From a virus (taxonomy: Duplodnaviria > Heunggongvirae > Uroviricota > Caudoviricetes): a DNA stretch of 39,712 nt. The DNA lies in IMG/VR virus record IMGVR_UViG_2778261706_000022; one strand, written 5' to 3'. The notes under the pieces are model-generated. The model was not told the DNA's origin and did not search any database. It saw only the letters and a list, made by a program, of their open reading frames with translations. Position numbers and translations under genes: made by a program. Of this stretch, positions 28,123-36,620 are shown in pieces; within the stretch, counting starts at the first letter, position 1; every line of letters begins with the position of its first letter.

Positions 28123-28453
28123 TCGTGGCCGCCTCACTGATTTGTGAAATGAGTTGCAGGGTGTGCTGCTGATTTGCCAGCACCTGACGCGCCTCATCCC
28201 GCTCACGCACAAGCACCTGATTATTGTCTTCAAGGCGCTGCGTCTTCTGGTGCATTCCCCATATCGCGGCAACCAGTACAGCGATAATCCCCAGCGCCGC
28301 CATGCACGCCCCGGCAATCAGGGCCGGTAAGGCATTATTCACCGCAGCCACAGGACACCCCGTAACAGCAGTACCGCACACAGCAGCGCTATCATGATCG
28401 GTCGCCAGAAGCGGTTCAGACTTTCGGCAAATCGTAGCGACATAACCATTCAT
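27953..28453 (-). CDS. Inner-membrane spanin candidate
   Basis: TM helix (ALPALIAGACMAALGIIAVLVAAIW) then a Gln/Glu/Arg-rich coiled-coil segment. Start uncertain; the annotated 28474 is a TTG. Confidence 0.45.
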   Translation of the reverse strand: MNGYVATICRKSEPLLATDHDSAAVCGTAVTGCPVAAVNNALPALIAGACMAALGIIAVLVAAIWGMHQKTQRLEDNNQVLVRERDEARQVLANQQHTLQLISQISEAATNEKQQNIQHSEGQQSVVRRSLAAVPAASAPVPDDVADRVRRAVCEIRACEAGADPR

Positions 28454-28916
28454 CCGCCGAACGGCGGGCCTCAAGGCCGGGGAGCTTCACCCCCTTTGAA
28501 TAAATCCAGCGGATATACTGCTTACAGGACGCGGGCATCTGCCCGGCATTGATCAGGCGCAGAAGCGTGGAGTTGCGAAAGTTCGTTTCACCGGCCCAGA
28601 AGATCCACGAAGCCAGCGCCACCGTCTGACCACGGGTAAGCGGCACCTGAACACGCCGATCAATGGCCGCAAAGGCCCATTTCATGTCCTTTTCCAGTAG
28701 TTCCAGGCATTCTTCATCCGTCAGGGTCATACCCGGTTTCACATCCGGGCCGGTATGGCCGTAACAGATGGTGGGTGTACCGGTGGGATCGATATACGTG
28801 GAGTTTTCTTTCCCTTCCCAGTAACCGGTGTAATGCGTGGCAATCGTGAACGTCCCGGCACCGGCCAGAACAAGGGCAATCAGCTTTTTACGCAGTGGTG
28901 CGGGGAGTTTTGGCAT
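28416..28916 (-). CDS. Endolysin, T4-lysozyme-like with N-terminal signal-anchor (SAR) region
   Basis: Catalytic E-x8-D-x5-T pattern (YWEGKENSTYIDPTGTPTICYGHT) after a hydrophobic N-terminal segment LIALVLAGAGTFTIA. Confidence 0.8.
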   Translation of the reverse strand: MPKLPAPLRKKLIALVLAGAGTFTIATHYTGYWEGKENSTYIDPTGTPTICYGHTGPDVKPGMTLTDEECLELLEKDMKWAFAAIDRRVQVPLTRGQTVALASWIFWAGETNFRNSTLLRLINAGQMPASCKQYIRWIYSKGVKLPGLEARRSADEWLCRYDLPKV

Positions 28917-28918
28917 TG

Positions 28919-28954
28919 TTACGCTGTCTCATGATGTTCTCTGAGTCAGCGTAA
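28919..28954 (-). promoter_or_regulatory. Stem-loop abutting the endolysin start codon
   Basis: Inverted repeat GTTACGCTG ... CAGCGTAAC with a 20-nt loop; the 3' arm ends 1-3 nt before the lys ATG on the mRNA. Confidence 0.35.
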
Positions 28955-28987
28955 CGGTGAAGGAAAGGCGGCAGGCTTTGCGGAATA

Positions 28988-29413
28988 TCAGAAAAGTGGC
29001 GGTTGTGTTCTTGCCAGATGCAGACGGCGCTGTTCACGTATGACGGTATAAATCTGGGTTTCTGACATCCGGTAATGGCGGCGAAGGGATTCAATTTTCT
29101 CGCCCCGGTCCCAGCGCGAAAATATCTCATTGTTTCGCAGCTCGGCAAAGAGAGATTCCCCGACCGGCAGGTAATAACCCCGTCCGCCCATATAGGCTGC
29201 CTGAGCCGCAGCCACCTTGCGTGCCAGTTTGCCGGCCAGTACCGGCTCAATCCCCTGACGCTGAAGTTCTGCGCCGGTGACTTCAACCAGTTCTGACAGG
29301 GTCCGCGGCCAGTTCTTTTTGAGAACATCATCAGGGATGTCATCAAGGCGGTCGATAAGGGCGTGCAGTTGCTCACTGTCACCACCAAACATGCTCATCT
29401 GAGTTTCTGCCAT
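28988..29413 (-). CDS. mor: Mor/C-family transcriptional activator
   Basis: 141-aa protein with C-terminal helix-turn-helix (MSETQIYTVIREQRRL), directly downstream of GemA. Only one Mor/C homologue is present. Confidence 0.65.
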   Translation of the reverse strand: MAETQMSMFGGDSEQLHALIDRLDDIPDDVLKKNWPRTLSELVEVTGAELQRQGIEPVLAGKLARKVAAAQAAYMGGRGYYLPVGESLFAELRNNEIFSRWDRGEKIESLRRHYRMSETQIYTVIREQRRLHLARTQPPLF

Positions 29414-29482
29414 ATCAGCCTCCGGTTCTCGCGTTCCCGGTAAGTTTAAAATAAAAATCCCGCGTTGTGGCGGGATTTGGGG

Positions 29483-29992
29483 TTAACGGGGAAGTGATTT
29501 TTCATACTGCCTGCAAACGGCGTCATACCCCATCAGCGTGCGTTCGGGCATTCCCATCGCGGCCAGCATTTTGCGGCGGTGCCATCGCTTGAGACGCTCC
29601 AGCACATCTGAGGCCAGGGCGGGGTGTTGCTCCAGCCACTGCCAGTTTGCCACACCTTCGCCGCCGTTTTGCGCGGCCGTCTGCGATTTCACCCAGCGGT
29701 TAAGGGCGGTTTCCGCACCATCAGAGATAAAGCCCTGCCGGTGCATCACCTTCCAGATGGCGCGAATTTTAGCGGTCACCGTACCCGGTTTTAAGGCCCG
29801 GTTAACCGGGTTCTGACGCACTTTAAAACCGCGTTTTTTGAAAACATCCAGCACGCGGGATAACTCATCCGGTGACATATCCCGGCAGCTGGTTTTGCCG
29901 GTGACCGCCAGTAGTACGGATGTGTAGGTTTCATCATCCAGGGCAAGCTCGCGTTTTGCCACATGAATGGCAGATATCAGTTTCCCTCTCAT
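29483..29992 (-). CDS. gemA: GemA-like regulatory protein
   Basis: LLAVTGKTSCRDMSPDELSRVLDVFKKRGF and LERLKRWHRR motifs match my recollection of Mu GemA. Confidence 0.7.
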   Translation of the reverse strand: MRGKLISAIHVAKRELALDDETYTSVLLAVTGKTSCRDMSPDELSRVLDVFKKRGFKVRQNPVNRALKPGTVTAKIRAIWKVMHRQGFISDGAETALNRWVKSQTAAQNGGEGVANWQWLEQHPALASDVLERLKRWHRRKMLAAMGMPERTLMGYDAVCRQYEKSLPR

Positions 29993-30285
29993 GCTGTATC
30001 AACACTCCTGCGGATATGATAGGTATTATTTTCCCGATCGAGCTGAACCCGATACTCCGGAGGAATCACAAAAATATTAAAACCATCATCAGTTTTTATT
30101 CTTGAGTAGCATTCCCCCTTATGATATCTGGCCAGTGCATTAATCAGAGAAGTCGCAGCCTGCCCAATCAGGTATTTTTTATGAAAAATACTGATAACTT
30201 TCCGGCACAGCCATCGTGTAATGACGAATGCACCGAAAAAGGATGTGATATATAAATACCAGAACAACTGCGAACTACTGTCCAT
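29989..30285 (-). CDS. Hypothetical membrane protein (98 aa)
   Basis: N-terminal TM helix (LFWYLYITSFFGAFVIT). AT-rich early-region gene. Confidence 0.4.
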   Translation of the reverse strand: MDSSSQLFWYLYITSFFGAFVITRWLCRKVISIFHKKYLIGQAATSLINALARYHKGECYSRIKTDDGFNIFVIPPEYRVQLDRENNTYHIRRSVDTA

Positions 30286-30472
30286 TATCTTTCTCCTTAT
30301 TCAGTCTTCTGCGGCATTCGGCACAGTCATCAGGGCTTTCAAATGTATCCGGCTCGCGATTATGAGCCAGATATAACCACCGTCCACATATACTGATATT
30401 TTCGCCTGTTTTAAAAAAATGATGCTTCCTGGCCATTAGTGGCCGCGCCCATCCAGCGGGTAGACTATTCAT
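30275..30472 (-). CDS. Hypothetical small Cys-containing protein (65 aa)
   Basis: ICGRW...DDCAEC pattern suggests a zinc-binding fold. Coupled to neighbours. Confidence 0.35.
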   Translation of the reverse strand: MNSLPAGWARPLMARKHHFFKTGENISICGRWLYLAHNREPDTFESPDDCAECRRRLNKEKDNGQ

Positions 30473-30800
30473 TTGCTTTATCCTCCATGCTGGACAGAAT
30501 CATATGTATTAATGTCGGGCGTGGAGATATACGCATTTCATTAAGCGTCTGAAGGGCAGCAACAGCTGCCTGTTTATCGGTGCCTTTGGCAATTTCAGCA
30601 AGAGAATGCACAATCCATAATGGGCTTAACGCTACGGCTGAATGCAGAATCATGTCATCCATAATAATTTCTGGCATATCCCGTTTGTCACATTCTTTAT
30701 CCATAAAAGAAACGATTTTTTCTGCATCTTCCGGTTTCATGCCTCCGGCGATGAGAATTTTACGATATTCATAAGACGATCTTAATTCAATACTCATCAT
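30465..30800 (-). CDS. Hypothetical protein (111 aa)
   Basis: ORF in the early operon; no recognisable motif. Confidence 0.4.
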   Translation of the reverse strand: MMSIELRSSYEYRKILIAGGMKPEDAEKIVSFMDKECDKRDMPEIIMDDMILHSAVALSPLWIVHSLAEIAKGTDKQAAVAALQTLNEMRISPRPTLIHMILSSMEDKANE

Positions 30801-30812
30801 TCACCTGCCTGT

Positions 30813-31205
30813 TTAATCAGTTTCCAGTGCTTTGCTACGGGCAACAGCCTCACACTCAAAAAATACCGACTCCGGCACACGCTCCTTTAATTCACGAACA
30901 AGAAAATCATTAACGAGTTCATGACGTCTTATATTTCTTTCCTTTTCCTCCTGGCGCAATACAGCAAGGCGGTATTCAACAGTCCGGCGTTGTTTCTGAA
31001 AGACAGCCAGTGCTTTTCTGGCAGAGTTACGCAATGTATCATCGCCACAGGGTTCGTATTCAAGCTGAAATTTAATCTCTTCAATGGTTTCTTTTATTTT
31101 TGCCAGCAAGCTAAGACAGTCGCTGATTGTCTTCAGTTTTTCATTATCAATATAACTTCTCACGCATTCACCTCCCGTCATTCCGGTAAAGCTGAAATAT
31201 GGCAC
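30813..31205 (-). CDS. Hypothetical coiled-coil protein (130 aa)
   Basis: ORF in the early operon with heptad-like charged/hydrophobic periodicity. Confidence 0.4.
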   Translation of the reverse strand: MPYFSFTGMTGGECVRSYIDNEKLKTISDCLSLLAKIKETIEEIKFQLEYEPCGDDTLRNSARKALAVFQKQRRTVEYRLAVLRQEEKERNIRRHELVNDFLVRELKERVPESVFFECEAVARSKALETD

Positions 31206-31489
31206 CAGTGCGTCACCTGTCCGTCCTCATCTTCAAGGCAGGCTCCGGTTTCTTCATCAATAAAAAAGCCTTCATACCCCATATGGCCGATGCGCAGTTC
31301 CTGTTGGTCACCATACTGAACAATCAGCACGACAGCCTCCATATCAGGCGGGAAAGCATCATTCAGTGAATGCCAGGGATAACCGCGCAAATCCCCGAAA
31401 TAAACACCGGTCAGCGTTCCGCCACAGACCGGCATTCCGACGGCACACACAAGGGGTTCATCTGATTCAACAAATAATGTCGTTATCAT
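31178..31489 (-). CDS. Hypothetical protein (103 aa)
   Basis: ORF in the early operon; start may be an internal ATG. Confidence 0.4.
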   Translation of the reverse strand: MITTLFVESDEPLVCAVGMPVCGGTLTGVYFGDLRGYPWHSLNDAFPPDMEAVVLIVQYGDQQELRIGHMGYEGFFIDEETGACLEDEDGQVTHWCHISALPE

Positions 31490-32037
31490 GGCATTAATTC
31501 CCGTAATACAACATCTTCGGCAGTCCGACGACGGTGATAAATAAAACTCACCGTGCCCTCGGATAATTCAAATTTCTCGCCGATTTCCCTAAAGGTAAGA
31601 CGCCGTGGTGATTCAGCATCCCGTAATTCACGAATAAGACGAACATCATCGTCAGGTATGCGGGTGAAGGGCAGCAACTCTCCGTATTTTTTCATGCTTA
31701 CGCCAATATATCGCGCCCGATTGTGGACAGAATCCCGGTCTCGCCCCAGATATTCTCCTATTTGCTTACCGGTCATTGTTCTGGCATTTTTTCGGATAAA
31801 TTTATCTTCATCAGGTTTAAATCTGAGGCGTTTGCATTTGAGCAACTCCGGGTAAGTACCGCGTAATAAAACAATCCGGTTATGTACACCCCAGAAACTT
31901 CTTTTTATCCTGACAGCAATATCCTTAACCGGGGTGGATGGATAAAGCGCAATCAGCAGCGCATCTTCTTCAGGTGTCCATGCGCGAACATGAGCGGGTG
32001 CACGGCCTTTTCTCCCCATGGGTTGTAATATCATCAT
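31486..32037 (-). CDS. Hypothetical DNA-binding protein (183 aa)
   Basis: WTPEEDALLIALY (Myb/SANT-like) near the N-terminus and LTFREIGEKFELSEGTVSFI (HTH-like) near the C-terminus. Confidence 0.45.
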   Translation of the reverse strand: MMILQPMGRKGRAPAHVRAWTPEEDALLIALYPSTPVKDIAVRIKRSFWGVHNRIVLLRGTYPELLKCKRLRFKPDEDKFIRKNARTMTGKQIGEYLGRDRDSVHNRARYIGVSMKKYGELLPFTRIPDDDVRLIRELRDAESPRRLTFREIGEKFELSEGTVSFIYHRRRTAEDVVLRELMP

Positions 32038-32040
32038 GCA

Positions 32041-32556
32041 TCACCCCCTGACTCGCTTTTCAGCAGCATAAAACTCATCAGACAGAATTTCGGTCATTTT
32101 CTGATTTGCGGGTTTTACGCCGCACTCAAGGTAAATCACATCGTCAACGCAGAACCACTTCACAGGGCCAAACATGATTGCCGAGAAATCAATACCCAGC
32201 CAGAACAACAGTGCATCGGTTCTGGCATACGTGACGGGCGAATATTCACGCCACAGACTGTTAAGTTCGTCAGAGGCAACGCGCAGGGCTTTGGGAATAC
32301 GTGATGTGCGCGGTGTGCAGCTCCAGCCATTCGACGCAGTCGGTTTTCGCCATAAGTCGCGATGAAAAGGATATTTGTCATCCATAAAGCGCAGCCCTTT
32401 AAAACAAAAGCCACTGATACCGGATACAAATACCGACCGGCACGCAACATTCAGCACGGCCTCAAGGCGTTTTGCCTCATCCTTAACTTTCTGGCAGTCC
32501 TGCTGATATTTTTGCCACGCGGCCAGCGCGGAAGGGTTTGATGTTTTAAAGAACAT
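32041..32556 (-). CDS. Hypothetical protein (171 aa)
   Basis: ORF coupled to neighbours in the early operon. Confidence 0.45.
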   Translation of the reverse strand: MFFKTSNPSALAAWQKYQQDCQKVKDEAKRLEAVLNVACRSVFVSGISGFCFKGLRFMDDKYPFHRDLWRKPTASNGWSCTPRTSRIPKALRVASDELNSLWREYSPVTYARTDALLFWLGIDFSAIMFGPVKWFCVDDVIYLECGVKPANQKMTEILSDEFYAAEKRVRG

Positions 32557-33089
32557 TACGCCACCTCCGCAGATATCCCGGCAGGCGCGGCCGTCCGGTC
32601 AACAATCAGGTAACGCAGAACGCGCGAGGTGATATTCCAGCCGCTTAAACCGCAGATAATGACACCCAGGCGTATGTCGATATACGCCATCACAAACTGG
32701 GGCACGCCTTCTTTCATGGCCTGCTCATCAACTTCAGCCACCACATAAACGGTTTCACAGGTCAGAACGCCCTGAGCAAATTCCCACGCCATTGACGGAA
32801 TATCATGCCCCTCAATCCACGGCAGGGATTTTCTGAAGCTGCACCACTGAACATCATCAGCCGCACCTTCCTGGCTGCATTTGCGACGAACCGGCTGCAC
32901 CGGGCGGGGACGCGGAATATCATAAAAACCGTTACATTCCGTCAGCACCCCGGCATCGACCGCATCACGCAGAAAATAAACCATCGAGGATGGCGGCATA
33001 TTCATTTTTTCAGCCAGAATGCCGCAGGTCAGACGCCCGTAAATACTCAGCCAGTTTTTAACCCCTTCAAGCACTTTTGCACCAATCAT
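32556..33089 (-). CDS. Hypothetical protein (177 aa)
   Basis: ORF coupled to neighbours (ATG overlaps the upstream stop). Confidence 0.45.
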   Translation of the reverse strand: MIGAKVLEGVKNWLSIYGRLTCGILAEKMNMPPSSMVYFLRDAVDAGVLTECNGFYDIPRPRPVQPVRRKCSQEGAADDVQWCSFRKSLPWIEGHDIPSMAWEFAQGVLTCETVYVVAEVDEQAMKEGVPQFVMAYIDIRLGVIICGLSGWNITSRVLRYLIVDRTAAPAGISAEVA

Positions 33090-33092
33090 GAA

Positions 33093-33635
33093 TTATTCCT
33101 CCGTCAGCGCCACATATTCAGAATGTTTAATCTCCTGGCATTCTTCAGGAATACCCCCTTTTATTTCCCTGCCATAAGCGCCTACTTTAAACACCACGCA
33201 CAGGGCATCACGGGAGAGCGACGGGGTCCACCAGGAGTCCATGTTAAACATGGAGGGGATTCTCATTACCCCCAGCTTTTCACAGATCCAGACAAGGAAA
33301 TCAGGACGCTTTCTTAACTCGCGTTCAGCGGCTTCAATCATTGCGGCAATCGCCGGTCCTTCAGGGCATGACTCATCAGGTCTGGCAATAAAGCACGGTC
33401 CGTCCCCGATAAAAGCCACATCATCGCGCTTACGCCAGCCCGCAGGCAGAGCACCAGAAAAATAAAACTCACTGATTACGTCCATGGCAAACGGCTTTAA
33501 GCGCAATCCGGCAGCGCCTGTATTTTTCAGTAATGCCCGAAGAATACTGTTGCGTAGCGGTAAAACAGTCTGTTGATATTTGGTGAAATATTTATTTGTC
33601 TGCACACGGTCTAATTTGAAATAAAAATATGCCAT
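33093..33635 (-). CDS. Hypothetical protein (180 aa)
   Basis: First ORF downstream of gam in the early operon. Confidence 0.45.
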   Translation of the reverse strand: MAYFYFKLDRVQTNKYFTKYQQTVLPLRNSILRALLKNTGAAGLRLKPFAMDVISEFYFSGALPAGWRKRDDVAFIGDGPCFIARPDESCPEGPAIAAMIEAAERELRKRPDFLVWICEKLGVMRIPSMFNMDSWWTPSLSRDALCVVFKVGAYGREIKGGIPEECQEIKHSEYVALTEE

Positions 33636-33732
33636 ATATCCTGTTCCTTATTTTCAGTTTACAGGCGCAGGCAGTCCCCTGACGCGAGCGCCATACTTAA
33701 AACGATGTGATATTTAAAGATTTAATGCGGTG

Positions 33733-34263
33733 TTATTTATTCAGTCCGGCGTCCTGTTCAAAAGGCTCGACATAAAAACTTTCAGCGCCTTTATTCACCT
33801 TAATACCGGCAATGCCTTTCACTGCATCCGGCTCCGCTAGGACCGCTTCCTTGTTCACTTCCTCTTTCGTGCGGATGAATCGCTCAAGCCCCATACGGCG
33901 CAGCATTTCAATCACACCTTCCACATCACGGCTGACGCTGCATGATGGATTTCCCAGCCGCCATGACACTGTTCCGGTGGTCAGATTGGCTGTTTTGGTT
34001 TTGCCGCCGTTCGTCAGCTCATCGCGGTTGGTTTTGCACCAGTCCTGAATCCCCTTAAAAAGCACTTTGATTTCTTTTTTAAGGTTTTCAATCTGCGGCG
34101 TATAACGGGCGGTGATTTCTGCCACTTCATCATTCATCGCCGTTTCCAGCCGTAGCGCCTCTCGCTGAATATCGCCCAGGGTACGGATATCGCGGCTGAC
34201 TTCTTCGCGGGTCTGCGGTGCAGCCTCGGCTGCGGCCTTTAATTTTGTAACACGTTTAGCCAT
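33733..34263 (-). CDS. gam: Gam, host-nuclease inhibitor (Ku-like DNA-end binding protein)
   Basis: RLETAMNDEVAEITARY, NRDELTNGGKTKTANLTTGTVSWR and RFIRTKEEVNKEAVLAEP match my recollection of Mu Gam. Confidence 0.85.
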   Translation of the reverse strand: MAKRVTKLKAAAEAAPQTREEVSRDIRTLGDIQREALRLETAMNDEVAEITARYTPQIENLKKEIKVLFKGIQDWCKTNRDELTNGGKTKTANLTTGTVSWRLGNPSCSVSRDVEGVIEMLRRMGLERFIRTKEEVNKEAVLAEPDAVKGIAGIKVNKGAESFYVEPFEQDAGLNK

Positions 34264-34274
34264 TTTGTTTTTCC

Positions 34275-34568
34275 TTATTGCAGTGTGCCTGATGCTTTAT
34301 GCACGCGGTGGCGTTTAATGATGGCATCCGCCCCAAAAGCCTGTACAGATGCCTGAAATTCCGCTGAGAGAAACTGAATAATTTCAGGACTGTGATACTG
34401 GAGAATACTTGCATAAACGCCACAGAGTGACGTCGGCCTGTTATTCGTATCACGTTCTGTTTTTACATCCACACCAATCTTTTCATGCACTTCAACACAG
34501 TCATTGCCTGCCGGTTTTTCGTCATGCGAAACATGCTTAAATTCAAAAATAACGCGTACTTTGCTCAT
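34275..34568 (-). CDS. Hypothetical protein, paralogue B of a tandem pair
   Basis: N-terminus MSKVRVIFEFKH resembles MSKVVRIIFEYKE of the upstream gene. Internal ATG at 34568 chosen as start. Confidence 0.45.
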   Translation of the reverse strand: MSKVRVIFEFKHVSHDEKPAGNDCVEVHEKIGVDVKTERDTNNRPTSLCGVYASILQYHSPEIIQFLSAEFQASVQAFGADAIIKRHRVHKASGTLQ

Positions 34569-34572
34569 GGAA

Positions 34573-34845
34573 TTACCCCTGCTGATTAAATTCATTACCT
34601 TTAATAACCCCGGAACGCATGCTCATATCTTTCATGAGCGCACTGGCTTTCATTGCCACAAGTTCAGCAAAGTCTCTGCTTTCCGCGAGCATAACCACCC
34701 CAAAAATCATGGCGGGTCCATCACCTTTCTGCTTTATCCCGGTTGAACGTATGTCCAGACTTACCCCCATGCGCACTGTTCCATCAGCGTTTTTATGGAT
34801 AACGTGCTCCTTGTATTCGAAAATAATGCGTACGACTTTACTCAT
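34573..34845 (-). CDS. Hypothetical protein, paralogue A of a tandem pair
   Basis: 90-aa ORF sharing its N-terminal motif with the next gene. Confidence 0.45.
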   Translation of the reverse strand: MSKVVRIIFEYKEHVIHKNADGTVRMGVSLDIRSTGIKQKGDGPAMIFGVVMLAESRDFAELVAMKASALMKDMSMRSGVIKGNEFNQQG

Positions 34846-35123
34846 CCTCTGGTCCTCGTTCTGTTTGGATAACTGACCCGGCGTCTGACCTCACGGCAGA
34901 ACCGAATCATGGCATTAAAGGCTTCTTCCTCCGTCACCGCTTCCGGTATCCCCGGAACCAGTAACTGCTCCTGTTCATCACGTCCATGACGCGCCATAAC
35001 CTCAATCACATGCCGTACCGTGGCAGGCTTTCCGGCAACTATCGGCAATGCACCTTCCGGCAGGACGTAACCAAACTCAATAAGACCACTCGACCACGCC
35101 CATGCAATGAGATTTTTTTTCAC
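34842..35123 (-). CDS. Hypothetical early protein (93 aa)
   Basis: ORF in the B-proximal early region. Confidence 0.4.
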   Translation of the reverse strand: MKKNLIAWAWSSGLIEFGYVLPEGALPIVAGKPATVRHVIEVMARHGRDEQEQLLVPGIPEAVTEEEAFNAMIRFCREVRRRVSYPNRTRTRG

Positions 35124-35124
35124 C

Positions 35125-35391
35125 TCACACCTCCCAGTAAACCGTGCAGCCGCTGATGCGGGTGGCCTTCACACGGCGGCGCAGGCCGTTGGTCTGTATG
35201 GTGATTTCAATTTCACCGGTTCCCTGCACGTTGCCTACCGGCGGCGTGGTTTTCAGTGCAAAACGTTGCGGATAGCGCTTACTGCGTTCCAGTACCGCAC
35301 CGGCAAGTTCGGTCAGACGGCGCGCGCTGTTCAGGGAGTCGAATAAATTCATTTTGTTACCGCAGGATTGCATATTCATATAACACCTCAT
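35125..35391 (-). CDS. Hypothetical early protein (88 aa)
   Basis: ORF in the B-proximal early region; start uncertain. Confidence 0.35.
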   Translation of the reverse strand: MRCYMNMQSCGNKMNLFDSLNSARRLTELAGAVLERSKRYPQRFALKTTPPVGNVQGTGEIEITIQTNGLRRRVKATRISGCTVYWEV

Positions 35392-35619
35392 TTAGCTGAC
35401 TTGTTTCGCACCAACAGAACGGCATATTCCGCTGTAAACGTCTGTCGCACCTTCGCGATCAAGTCCGGCAGATATCACCATTCGTGTGCGGTCATTAAAT
35501 TCAAAAAGTAAATCGCCACATTCTTTATTTTCGGCCAGTGAAATCACCTTCACGTTATCGAAATTAACCAGGTAAAAGCGTCCGTAAATATCAGGAATAT
35601 TAAATACCGCCATAATCAC
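35392..35619 (-). CDS. Hypothetical early protein (75 aa)
   Basis: ORF immediately downstream of B (the Mu kil position). Confidence 0.4.
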   Translation of the reverse strand: MIMAVFNIPDIYGRFYLVNFDNVKVISLAENKECGDLLFEFNDRTRMVISAGLDREGATDVYSGICRSVGAKQVS

Positions 35620-36548
35620 ACCTGTGAGAGTAATTCAGGGTTGGTATAAACCTCTTTAAAGGCCGCATTAATATGTTTTTCTGTCAGCGCCGCGCCTTCA
35701 CCGCTGGCGGTGAGCCACGCCTGGTTAAGCGTATGTGTCAGAACGCGTAACGCTCCCGGCTTTTCAGCGATAGCCTGCATGACGGCCAGCTCGGCCTCAC
35801 CACTGATCCCCCACGCCCTGGCAATGGCCAGCACATCCGCCTTTTTGGCCTTGCGAAGTTGTTTTGTACGGGCAAGACGGCTGAACAGGCGCGATAAATC
35901 ATCAAAGGCGCGGCGTCCACCTTTAAACAATCCGCGCGGGTTACCAATAAGCACCATCCCGATCCCCGTGGCGTCCTGAATTGCCCGGAGTTGCTCCAGA
36001 CCGTCAATACCCAGATGATCCGCCTCATCCACAATCACCAGTCCACGCGTTCCCATCAGGCGACGGCGGATGGCGCGGGATAATGCCCCTTTGTTCGCGC
36101 GGGTGTAATCAATCCCCAGCGCATCGGCCAGCTCCAGCAGACACTCCGTGACGCTGGAGTGCGCGGGTGACAGGGTGATCATCCAGGTGTTTGGTTGCTC
36201 CTGGCAGTAATTACGGGCAGTGGCCGTTTTACCCACACCCGGTACGCCCACAATAACGTTAATACAGCCCATCAGACGAACCGCCTGAAACAGTGCGCGC
36301 AGCTCCTGGACTGTCTGCGTTTCCACAAACTGCGGCGGTTCCGGCAGTGCGCTTTGTTTATTCCAGTTTTCATACCAGGAACGCAGGGAAGCAGCCACAG
36401 CGGCGTTATCGCCTTTATATTTCCCCTTGCGGAAAGCCGATAATGTGCCGTCGGAAATTCCCGCCTCTCTGGCGATGGCATACTGCGTCAGTACGCCGCC
36501 ATCAATAAGTTCATCAATGGTCTTGATTACATCGTTAATATCAGTCAT
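35616..36548 (-). CDS. B: Transposition ATPase / target DNA activator B (AAA+)
   Basis: Walker A GVPGVGKT and Walker B LVIVDEADH motifs, with an N-terminal HTH-like region. Directly downstream of the transposase. Confidence 0.85.
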   Translation of the reverse strand: MTDINDVIKTIDELIDGGVLTQYAIAREAGISDGTLSAFRKGKYKGDNAAVAASLRSWYENWNKQSALPEPPQFVETQTVQELRALFQAVRLMGCINVIVGVPGVGKTATARNYCQEQPNTWMITLSPAHSSVTECLLELADALGIDYTRANKGALSRAIRRRLMGTRGLVIVDEADHLGIDGLEQLRAIQDATGIGMVLIGNPRGLFKGGRRAFDDLSRLFSRLARTKQLRKAKKADVLAIARAWGISGEAELAVMQAIAEKPGALRVLTHTLNQAWLTASGEGAALTEKHINAAFKEVYTNPELLSQV

Positions 36549-36586
36549 ATTATTAACCTCTCATTTGATACCTTGTTTAATCAAAT

Positions 36587-36620
36587 AACCTGAGTCGCCG
36601 CTCGGGTTATTTTTTTATTT
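36587..36620. other. Hairpin with flanking A/T runs between transposase and B genes
   Basis: AACCTGAG-tcgccg-CTCGGGTT stem followed on the plus strand by ATTTTTTTATTT; on the minus-strand RNA the hairpin is followed by AUUUGAUU. Confidence 0.4.

Noticed and set aside
28988-29413. Expectation of two separate Mor and C activator genes, as in Mu
   Set aside because: Only one Mor/C-family ORF exists between gemA and lys and there is no room for a second; called as a single Mor/C-family activator.
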